A stretch of DNA of 64,000 nt from the NCBI GenBank assembly GCA_049999805.1, contig JBNGIO010006274.1, positions 81,818-145,817 on the forward strand, read 5' to 3'. This DNA comes from Folioceros fuciformis (lineage: Eukaryota). A model generated the notes under the pieces. The model worked only from the letters and a program-made list of their open reading frames with translations, ran no database searches and was not told the DNA's origin. The position numbers and the translations under genes are program-made. Within the stretch, counting starts at the first letter, position 1. Each line of letters starts with the position of its first letter. Shown here one piece after another: positions 38,329 through 49,675 of this stretch.

Positions 38329-41250
38329 ATGGAGATGGCGGTCTCTACGTTTCGCCTCAATTTGCATGCGCTGCGGCAATCTGGCTGTGTCACGGCCAGC
38401 CGCAATCAGCTCACCCTGAAACCTGCACGCCCGCTCCTATTCCCCCTTAACAAGAAACTTTGCTCGGAAGCAAGCGTGAGTGCCTGGCTGTACTTGCGTC
38501 CCCAATTTCACTCACACTGCTCTGTCCACGTGTGGTGGAATTGGCTCACACTGCGCCCTGATCTCATGTGACTCCACGTATTCTCAGGGATTTCTTGCAG
38601 GCGACTTTTTCCGGGCACCTGCCAGGGAGTTACCCGGTCGCCATGACGACCTCAAGGTGTTGGCAGGTTCGTCTTACTGGAGCAACGGTTTTGATCCAGG
38701 AACTTGTGCTTCGTGGCAGCAAGTATGGAGGTGATGAATTGAATTTGTTCCTGGACTTGGATCCAGCTGCTGCACCAGGTTCTGAAGCGAGCTTAGCGGG
38801 AGACTCCAAGTTCATGGAGGACTTGACCATAAACACGACGACGGGATTTCAGCCGGTCATTGACATGCCAGAGACAGTCGACCAGGCTTCCAGTGTTTCG
38901 GAGAAACGTACAGCCACTATTACGTATGCAAACCTCAGAGGCTCTCTGTTGTGGGGGACGGGGTAAACTATGGGAGGGGAAGAGCAATTTAGGGTCGGAT
39001 GCACAGTAGCTTTGCACCAAGTACCTTCTTCTGTTCAGGGACCTGGTAGTGTTGGTTTTTATGGTCAGTAGTTCCCCAATTTGGTGTGCAGGGTTCATGG
39101 CGTGGGGAATGACAACGATGTGAGGAGGCGAGTTTTACGCTTATGCCCTTGTATTGCAAACTGCTGCAGCCAGTCCAGCTCACCACATCTTTCCTTGATT
39201 TTACGCGACGCGCAGGCTAATTGCTCTACTAAGGGAGCTGGAGGGCATTGAAGACGCATGGATCGGACCTTTCATAGAAGGCGGACTTCGAGGGGGCTCT
39301 GTGACGCTGCAGATTGAAGCTCAACAGAGACTTCCACTGACGGCTGTTCTGACGGACATACAGGCCTTGGATGATGATCTTCTTGTACTGCCTTATAAAT
39401 ACAACTCGTGGTCATGGAAGTAAGTCCCTCTACTTAATCTTGTAGCGTATTTTCGTCCGTGGTTGACCTGTTGGCATTTAAGGGGTGATCGCTACATTGC
39501 AGAGGTCACAAGATCAAGTTTGCCGTTGCAGGATGTGGGAAACCGATTGTTCTTGTCCATGGTTTTGGTAGGTCCCTCTGCTCGTCTTCTTTTTGTGTGG
39601 AGTTGAAGGAAACTTGGTATTGTATTGGTAGGCTAATTTGGTCTTGCCAATCATCAGGAGGTAACGCAGGCCACTTTTCGAGGTTAATTTCATACCTCGC
39701 GGACGAGTATAGAGTGTATGCAGTAGATCTGTTGGGTTTTGGGAACTCAGATAAACCCAGTAATGCTGAGTACGGTCCAGGGCTGTGGGCGGACCTAATC
39801 TGTGGTAAGCACTTCTGCCCTTGTCTCTCTGTAGTTGTTTCATCCTCAGCCTTGTGCAGAGGTCAAAGCTCAGAGTGTTCTCGGGTCTTGGATTGTGGAT
39901 TCTCAGATTTTGTGAAGGAGTTTAGCCCAGAGGGTGTAGTGCTGGTTGGGAACTCGATAGGATCGTTAACAGCGCTTGCTGCAGCTGCAAAAGGTGGCAG
40001 GAATGCAATAAGGTATTGAAGCAGCTGGAACCTTTATGTTTGCAATGAAGATTCTTCCCGGCTGTTGAACAGGATTGCCAATAATGGTACTGTTACTCGT
40101 TGATTTTCCCTGCAGGGGTTTGGTACTGTTAAACTGTGCCGGTGCTATGAATAGAAAAGGCTTGACGCAGGATGATGCTCTGCTCCAATTTCTGTCCCCC
40201 ATATTTGTGGCTGTGGAATATCTTTTGAAGCGTCCCCGAATAGCTAATTTCTTGTTCGATAAGTGAGTTTGAGCCATGGCTATTTCCAGGTTTGATGGAA
40301 CGTCTCTGTTTTTCCCTTTGGTCAAAATCTGGCTTGCATCGGAAGAGTCAGCTAGCAGTATCAACAGGTGACCTTCATCTGGATTGGTGACGGTCACTGG
40401 TCAATACTGATCAGCTGACCTCTCATAATATAATCTTACAGTTTCTGTCTGTCTTCCTTTCTTGCTTTCGTGGCACGAGTGTGTACATTGCTTCCAGGTG
40501 AGGTGAGTTTGTAGGGGGCTCATCGTCCCTGCACTATTTGTCAGGTTCAGAAGCAAGGAGAATGTGAGGAAGATCCTGCAACAGCAGGCGTATTGCAATG
40601 AGGCAGCTGTGACCAGCCAACTGGTAGGATGTTGTGAGCACATTCCATGCTCTTAAGTGGAGAAGTTATTCTATTATCGTAAAAGACTTGAGTTAAGTAC
40701 TTTCCGGGAGCATGGGAAGTGGGAAACGTACTTAGGCGGCTCAGTGGTGTGTATCATCAGGTTGACATTTTGCACCACCCATCCACAGATTCTGGAGCCC
40801 TCGATGTGTTTGTGAAAGTCTTTACTGGAGAGCCTGGTATGGTCTTTTGTAGCTGGACCTGTGCAGGAAGGCCAATGTTCGCTGGTTTCATTACTATGAT
40901 GATGGGTACTATTTTGTCCTGCAGGTCCACGACCTGAGGTGCTAATGCCTCAAATAGAGGTGCCACTGCTGCTTTTGTGGGGGGATAAGGATCGGTGGAC
41001 CCCTCCGAATGGCCCGGTAAGTAAGACACATTAGTCGTCTGAGCACTTTGTGGATGTGGAGTACTTGTGTTTCAAACCACAGAGTGTTGTGCAGGTTGCA
41101 AACTACTTCAGGAAGTTAGCGGCCGAACGAGACAATGTGCAGGTGCATGTGCTGCCGGATGTGGGTCACTGCCCTCATGATGACAGGCCAGAACTGGCTG
41201 CAGCTCAGATACTCCCTTTTCTTGAAACGGTGAATTGGGACAAGTCATGA
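38329..41250 (+). CDS. Alpha/beta-hydrolase, chlorophyll dephytylase (CLD1)/pheophytinase-like, with transit-peptide-like N-terminus and an extra N-terminal domain
   Basis: PIVLVHGFG, VYAVDLLGFGNSDKP, nucleophile motif GNSIG, GLVLLNCAGAMN, LWGDKDRWTP and VGHCPHDDRPE. The start codon (38329 or 38335) is inferred. Confidence 0.88.
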
Positions 41251-42025
41251 GTTGCTGGTTTCAGGAAAGGCAATTATGTACAGTAATCATGTAGGCTAGA
41301 TTATTTATGTCGATAGTGAGCTCTGCTGCTGATGGACGGACCCAAGTCGTTCAGGCTGGTGCTCGGCGTGTGTACGTTGTCTAGTTTCTGATCCAACTCA
41401 AACGCAATCCTTGGGCATATCCTACGTCCTTAATCATGTATGTTATCATTTATACAAATCAATTTGTCAAGACTTGCAAATGTGCTTAGCAACCAATCAG
41501 TTGTCCAGGAAATTGACTAGACACATAAATCCTTTGCAATGCAATTAAGCAAGCAGCCAAATCATCCTTTGCAATNNNNNNNNNNGCCAAATCATCCTTT
41601 GCAATGCAATTAAGCAAGCAGCCAAATCATCCAAATTGATGCAATGCAATTAAGCAAGCAGCCAAATCATCCAAATTGACACAGTATCATCATATGCGAA
41701 AGTTTGGATTTGCAGTGGGTGGCAGGTCTGGATTTGCAGTGGGTGGCAAACTAGCCGGTAGTCTAGTGGTGTCCTAAACCTTCACCTTGCCTTCATCAGC
41801 ACCTATAGATCATAAGCCTGGATTTCTGGTTTTGGATGTCAATGGATCTAAGTGCCAAGCTAACTGCAAACTTGAAAACGCCCAACTAATAAGCTAGCTT
41901 CAAACTAGAAGATGCCCAACTAATAAGCTAGCTTCAAACTAGAAGATGCCCAACTAGTAAGCTAGCTGCAAACTAGAAGACGCCCAACTAAGTAAGCTAG
42001 CTGCAAACTAGAAGATGCCCAACTA

Positions 42026-45000
42026 CAGTCAAACCCCTCTAATTGGAACCCCTATAAATGGAACACCCGAGCTTACTCCCTTGAATGTGCTACATGCTAA
42101 ATGGGAAACCCCTTCTAATTTGTAATTGGGAACATGTCTCGCAAACATTCAATGCAAGTACACCTCTGTAAAAGGAAAAATACATATTAAAAAATTTTGA
42201 AGAAATCGTCTTATCGAGATTAAATCATGAGTTATTGAGATTATGTCAGGTTAAAGGCTATCGAGATTATATCATAAAACATAGACAGTCATCGAGATTG
42301 GGCCTATATATGTAGTAGTTCTGTACACTATGCTATGATCATATTGTTCCTAGTACATAAGTTGTTTCGTTGTACAAGTTGTCTTATGGTGTTCTAAGTT
42401 GTGTTATGGTGTTGTAAGTTGTTGTCTTGCTATGAGATATTTTGTATGTGTTTCTTAGCCATTCTCTTTAACGTGTAGGAATAATGCCGCCAAAGCTGCC
42501 ACACAAGCATGCTACCCTAACAAAGCAACAAAAGAAAGAGGTTTGCGAATATTATGTCCAACACTCTTGCACACTTAAGGAGTTTGACTAGATGGACAAC
42601 AGAGAAGTTTTCAATAGCGGCTTCTAAAAGTGCATTGTCTAGGATTGTGAATGACAAAGACAAATAGTTGGACCTTGCCATTGGTCCAACAACTAATCTT
42701 GCAGGAATGAGGGATAGAGTAGTCGTATGCCCACAGATTGACCACGCAATGCACGTTTGGGCTCTTGCAATCCAACCTCAAGGTGCCACAATTTCAAATG
42801 ACTTGCTTCGTGAGTGCATCAAGTTGTATCGTGACTATCAAGCAATGATTATGCTGGTAAAAGGTTGGACATCATTTGTGAGTCCTCATACCATACGCAA
42901 TTATTGGAGGCATAGCACTTTGGATGCAAAATTGCGTGCACAAGATTCTCGGTTCCGCGAGTCTTTAGATCTAAACAGCGCACCATATGATTCAGAGGAT
43001 CAATTGTCGCATCCTCAAAATTACTCTAATTCGTTGGAAACGCAGTAAAAGAGCTACAACAGTCCATACGAAGCTTAGCATTATTAACATCTGAGGATAT
43101 GACAGGAATTGCTGATGTTGGATATCCAACGATGACAGCTGAAGAGTATATGAACTTTGAGGAGGATGAAAAATTGAAGACTACGTATATTCCTATAGAG
43201 GACGAAATATGGCAAGCATTAATCCCTCCACCTGTCAATGAGGAGGGTGAGGAGAATGATACAGCATCAGTGGAGACCATAATGCCAAGACCGTGTACGA
43301 CAAAGGATGTTGTAGATAATGCAGTTAGAAGTGGTAGCAGTCCACTTGAGTTATGTAACCTTAGGTATAGATAGCTTAGCAAAGTAACTGTTGGATTAGT
43401 TAGCGGAGTGGTGACCACAATCGTGCACATCACCCGTGTGGAGGTCATTCAGATGAGATTCGAAGAGAAACAACAGCTTGCAAAGGAGGCGCGCCCTTGA
43501 ATCAGCAGATCTCGCCCACAAATTCAGGCGGGATATCTCCAAAATTTCAGGACACTACCACAAATTCAGGCGGTGCGCCCTTCCAATTTCAGGCTGCGAC
43601 TGCTGATTTGGGAGGCGCATCTGCAATTAGGGGAGTCGCGCCTCCTCTGCTGGAGAGCACGCCAATCAAAGAACTGATCGCGCGCTCTGATCCGGCTCCA
43701 ATTCCCAGCGCGACTGTCAATTTTAGAGGCGCCTGTCCAGATCCTGCTTGGGCGTCCCCTAATTTCCAGCGTGCGCCTGTTCATCAGCGAAGGGCGCTTG
43801 CTTCAAGCGATGCTCGTCCATATCTAAAGGAAGGGCATGCTCTGAATTCAGGTGTTCTTTCTGATCACAGCAGCGCGCCAGTGGTGGTAGGAGTAACCAC
43901 CTCACGCACGGGAGGAGCGCCCCAAGCACCGGCCCTGGCGAAGAAAAACCTCGTCAACTTCTTGCTATGCGGTGCGTGCCCCCGGCATCCACTTTAAAAA
44001 TTCAAGCACCTTCTACAACGGTGGCAGTTCATATTAAGGAGGAACCAGTTTCTCCCCCGTCCCCCTTTGAGACCCTCCAAGCTGCTTATAAGGATTATAA
44101 GGACCACGAGACCCAAGCACAAGCTTCATCTTTTGAGAAACGTTCTCACCATTATCTGAAACTTTGGGAGTCTATCACTAACTTAGTCAACGAAGTTAAA
44201 ACTGTTTGTCGTATGGAGTCCAGTTCTGATTAGGGATCTCAAGTACCTATATTTATATATATCCATAAATTATCTTGTGCTCTTTATATTGATGTTTATC
44301 CTAAGCCTTGTGTTATAACACTTTGCTTGCTTAAATATCTATTCAAGACACAAATAACATTATGCCAGGAACGAGTACCCCCATGTCGATGACTACTCCC
44401 TCAATTGCACTAGTGATAAATGTGATGAACGTATCAACTGATTTCAAAGAAAAAGACCTTTTTAACGGTACAAAGTATGAAGTCTGGTCTCGACGAATGA
44501 AAACAGCCTTGAATACATGAGATTTGCTTTCTATCGTGAAAGGAACTTCCCCCAAGCCTCTGGCACCTCAATCGGCTGTCGAAGCTTGGTTAAAACTTGA
44601 TTGTCAAGCCATGCATATGTTAATATCTAGTCTTGACGAGACTACGTTACACCATACCGATGGTGCAACTACAGTAGCAGAAGCGTGGAAGCAGATAAAT
44701 GATATTTATCAATCCACCAATGTGATGACCCTGGTCACTGTGCGCCAAGAGCTCTATACTCTTCATATGCAACCAGGCGATAGTATTGCCCACCATGTGA
44801 GTCGTTTTCGTTACCTCCGGGCACAATTGGCTGCACTAGGCACTACTATGTTTGAGTTTGATGCTATTGTACAATTGCTGGCTAGTCTTCCGGCTAGCTA
44901 TCAATCTTTTGTCTCTTCACACAACCAGTCGGTCCGTAACTCTCAGCGAGCATTGGCGGCTGGTGGTCAATCGACACTTAATGTGTCCAAGATTGCTGGG

Positions 45001-48000
45001 GCGCTCCTACAAGAGGAGGATTCTCGCTATAATACTAGCACATCTAAGCATGGTGATGAGCGAGTGATGTTCGTGACACGAGGGCGGTCTCAACATCAGC
45101 CTAAGAGAAGAGACAATCCCACAAAGCGGATGACTTCTAACAGTCACCCAAAATCTGCTTCTTCTGCCTCTACCTCCAAGACCCAGAAGCGACAAGGCAC
45201 TTGTAACTGGTCTCAAATTCCGGGCCATTGGGAGAGGGAGTGCAGCAAGAAGCAAGCTGGTGAGGCTAAGAGGGAGCCCAAGTCCACTAATACGGCTGTT
45301 CTTCCTAAGGCCAAGACTCAGACTAAACCAGAGATTGCTCTTACAGTGTGCCTCGTTGCATCGGCTCTAAAGACATCGTGGCTCATTGACTCCGCAGCTA
45401 CTGCTCATATTTGCAATTCCAAGCATATGTTTACTACCTATGCGGCGTCACCTGATCCTCTCCGGTATGTCCTATTAGGAGATGACTCTGGGCTTGCCAT
45501 ACACGGCATATGGAATGTGACCTTCACATTAGAAGACAAATCCACCCTTCTGCTGACGAATGTACTTCATGTTCCGCAAATGGCCAAGAACCTTATCTCC
45601 GTATGACACCTTATGCACGATGGTCTTTATAAACTAGAGTTTGGCAAAGAGAACTGTCTACTCTATCGATCCTCCAAGCCCCATCAAGTGGTAGCACGAG
45701 GACATCTCCAGAGTGATCTCTATATATTCTCCGGCACCCTTGTGTATTCTTCTAGTGCTGTCGCTGTGGATACTACCAAGGATGCACCACAAGCTAGGCA
45801 CCAGTCCTTCGGGCCAGCCTTCTTATGGCACTGTAGGCTTTGGCATCTTAACTCTGCCAAGTTACTTGTCATGTCCATGCAGGATCTCTATCGTGACAAG
45901 CTTCCTGCCTTGGCCAAGACTCCACCATTCTATGAAGCCTATGTGTTGGCCAAGCAGCGAAGTGCACCTTACTCTAGTCTTCCTGCTCACAGGGCGTCTC
46001 AACCCTTGGAAATAGTTCACATTGATTTGTGTGGACCTCTTCCTGTCACTTTTTTAGGCGGAGCCCACCATTTTATGACAATCGTAGATGATTATTCTCA
46101 TTATTCTTTTGTGTATCCGCTCCGTCTTAAGAGTGACTCCTTTGGTGTGTTCCAACCCTTTGTCTCGATGGCCGAGCTGCACACTAGGTGTAAGCTGCGG
46201 TGCATTCGTTCTGACAATGCAGGGGAACTCAACAATTGGCTCTTCCAAGCATTCTGTGAAGAACGAGGGATTACCCGGCAATTCTCGGTTCCCTACACTT
46301 CTGCTCAAAATGGCGTTGCGGAGAAGGCCAATGGCAATCTTCTTGCCATGGCCAGGGCTATGCTAGCCCAGTCTCATCTGCCGAAGTCTTTTGGGCTGAG
46401 GCCATTTCCACCGCTACTTATATAAAGAACCGGCTTCTTACACAGGCAGTAGCTAGCCGTACTCCTTTTGAATGCTGGTTTGGTTACAAGCCACTTATTT
46501 CCCATCTTCGGGTTTTTGGCTCTCTCGCCTATGCCTATGTCCCTTCCCCACTACGCGACAAGCTTTCTTCTTGAGCGTGGAAACTTGTGTTTGTTGGCTA
46601 CGGGGAGGCCCGCAAGGCTTATAAGCTAGTTGATCCTCACTCTCATACTCCAGTCTATGCACGAATGGTTACTTTTGATGAAGGTTATGTTCTGTCTCAT
46701 GGACCCATTCTTGATGGTGACAAGGATAACCGCTCTCCGCCAAGTAGTCCTCGTCCTCTTGACGATGTCCATGTCTCCTTTGACCTCCCTTCTTCCTCAT
46801 TTCCTAATGGTTCTATACTATTGGATCCTTCATCACTAGCAACTCCGGCTTCTCCGGTTTCTACTCGAGGGGGGGAAGATGAAGATGAAGGCTCCATGGG
46901 TACTACTCAAGATATGGATCTTCCTCATGATATACCTACAGCAGATGCTCACATTTCGTCTCAGAGGACAGATGCTAGTACACCTAAGCGAAAGTATCCT
47001 TCACATCAGAGACAGCCAAGACATTTGTGGGGTGAAAATCCTTTTGATCTAGAATTTAATCAAGTTGGTTATATTGGGGTCTATCCCACTGTGTATTCTC
47101 TTGCTACTAGCTCTCCTCTTTCAGAGGGAGATCCTCTCACACTTAGAGAAGCATATTCAAGACCAGACGCTGATAAGTGGAAATTAGCTATTGACGATGA
47201 ATACAACTCTCTAGTCAAAAATAACACTTGGCAATTAGTGGATCTTCCTGCAGGTAGGATTACAGTCAAGTGTAAGTGGGTACTAAAAACCAAATTTCAA
47301 GAGGTGGAACCCCGGATAAGATACAAAGCAAGGTTAGTGGCCATGGGTTAAAGTCAGCAAGAGGGAGTAGACTATCAGGGTGACCAGGGTTACTCTCCTG
47401 TTGTCAAAGCAGCATCTATTAGGATGCTTCTGGCTCTTTGTGTTGAACTCAACCTTACCATCTATCAATTAGATGTCTGCACAGCCTTTTTGTATGGTCA
47501 TTTAGAAGAAGAAATCTATATGGATCAGCCTGAGGACTATGAGGATAAGAAACATCCTTATAAGGTGTGTAAACTTCTTCGTACTATATATGGGCTCAAA
47601 CAAAGCCTACGACTATGGTACAAGCAAATTGATACATACCTCAAGAAGATTGGCTTTGTACAATGTGAGTCAGATACCAATCTCTATGTACTACGAAAGG
47701 ACAGTTCAATTGTATTAATAGCACTTGGTCATTCTAGGCAACAATGTGGAGCTGGTTAACCAAATTAAGGCAGATCTCAGTAAAGAGTTTGAAATGAAAG
47801 ACCTTGGTCAAGTAAAGTATATTCTTGGAATGCATGTACATAAAGATAGATCCACTGGAGCTATCTATCTTCATCAGGGGAGATATGTAGCATGGATGTT
47901 GAAGAAGTTTAATCTAGAAAATGCACGAGCAGCAGCCACTCTAGGTGCCGTTGGTGTCAAGCTGTCTTCGTCATTCTGTCCGCAGTCTGAAGAGGATAAG

Positions 48001-49675
48001 AAGGAAATGGAGAGTGTGCCATATCGAATGGCAGTAGGAACACTCATGTTTCTTAGCAATTGGACCAGACTAGACATATCTAACACTATGAATGCAGTTG
48101 CTCAATTCTCTGAGAATCCAGGAAGAGACCACTGGGTTGCAGTCAAAAGAATAATGCGATACCTAAAGGGTAGGAACACTCATGTTTCTTAGCAATCGGC
48201 CCATACCAAACATATCTAACACTGTGAATGCAGTTGCTCAATTCTCTGAGAATCCAAGAAGAGACCACTGGGTTGTAGTCAAAAGAATAATGCGATACCT
48301 AAAGGGTACTCCTAATTATGGTCTCTGCTACAAACCCAGCGGGAAGAAGCATTTATAACTCAGTTGTTACGTAGACGCTGATTGGGCTTCTAATGCTGAT
48401 ACCCGCAAAAGTCTTTCGGCATATTGTTTCCTTGCTGGTTCCACAGTGATAAATTGGTCCTGTAGGAAACAAGCCTCTATTTCTCTATCTTCTACTGAGT
48501 CAGAGTATAAAGCATTGACAGAAGCTACGAAGGAGGCTGAGTGGGAAAGGAAATTATGCAAGGATTTGGGAATGCATCAGAAGGGACCCACTATTCTTAA
48601 TAGTGATAGTATGTCAGCCATTGCCTTGGTGGCTAATCTTGTGTTTCATGCCCGCACTAAGCACATCGAGATACAACATCATTATGTTAGGGATGCTGCT
48701 GAGAGGGGCTTAGTAAAGATACAGTATGTGCCTACAGATCTTAACATGGCTGATGTCTTGACAAAGTCACTTCCTAAGTTCAGACATTGTTTTCATAGGA
48801 AAGGACTTGGTCTAGTAGACTGTAGTAGTTTTGGCTCTCAGAAAAATTTGAAGACGTGGTGAAGATATCCCTTCTGACCCCATCAAGTGCAAGGATAACT
48901 GAAACTGGAGTATTACTTCTGTTCTGGTCATGACTAGTGCGCTACTATAACGGTTGTCGTCTGCGGCAGACTTCTTGACAGTGTTAGCGACTGCAAGATT
49001 TGACAGCCGAGCTGAAGTAGATAGCTTACAGTAACAGACTTTCACAAGTACTGATCTCTATAAGAGCTCTCATAACTCTAACGTGACTGAGAGGGAGAGT
49101 TAGAAGTGGTAGCAGTCCACTTGAGTTATGTAACCTTAGGTATAGATAGTTTAGCAAAGTAACTGTTGGGTTAGTTAGCTAGGCTAATGAAAGGACACAC
49201 CCTTTAGGATGGTACCTATAAAAAGACAATTAAGTGTACTTCTAAATCATTCTTATTTTAAACTTTTGTGTAGAAGACACACTTTCGCATGTAGTCTTCC
49301 AACTAATGCTATGAGGATAACGAAGATGTTTTTGGAAGAGATGCCACATAACACTCTTTTGATGCTTTGAAGTTGCATTCTCAGTTCGAAAAACATATTG
49401 CTAGTCATTGGATGAAAGCAACTCAACATCAATCAAGGATTGATGATTATTTTAACCCAACAAACTAGAATTAGCTTGACAAGTATGTAGTATGAGGGAG
49501 CATTTTGGATTTTTTGGAAGCTTTTAAGCTCTTTCGAATTTTTGATTTAAAAGATTTTATGACTTTTTAAATATTTTTGTGTTCAAAAAAAGATGAAAAT
49601 GCCTAAATGCGAACCCCTCTAAAATGGGACAAGTTTTGCTACTCCCAATTGTTCCCAATTAGAGGGGTCTGACTG
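42026..49675 (+). mobile_element. pogo/Tigger-like Tc1-mariner DNA transposon, internally deleted, interrupted by copia
   Basis: TIRs CAGTCAAACCCCTCTAATTGGAAC and (rc) CAGTCAGACCCCTCTAATTGGGAAC, with a TA TSD on both sides. Transposase relic: MPPKLPHKHATLTKQQKKEVC (HTH), IDHAMHVWA..GATISNDLLRE (CENP-B-like), KGWTSFVSPHTIRNYWRH, MTAEEYMNFE, C-terminus QSRIDDYF. Confidence 0.88.
43323..49304 (+). mobile_element. Ty1/copia LTR retrotransposon, decayed, 5' LTR truncated
   Basis: Domain order is gag (from ~44362), protease WLIDSAATAHIC, integrase (VHIDLCGP, IRSDNAGE, QNGVAEK), RT (YKARLVA, YGLKQS), RNase H (YVDADWA, RTKHIEIQHHYVRD). PPT at 49089-97; 3' LTR 49098-49304; 5' LTR remnant 43323-43404; perfect TSD AATGC. 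Confidence 0.95.

Noticed and set aside
41775-41805. CTGATGA on the minus strand of the 1-kb module as a hammerhead ribozyme core
   Set aside because: No stem II closing onto GAAA could be formed.
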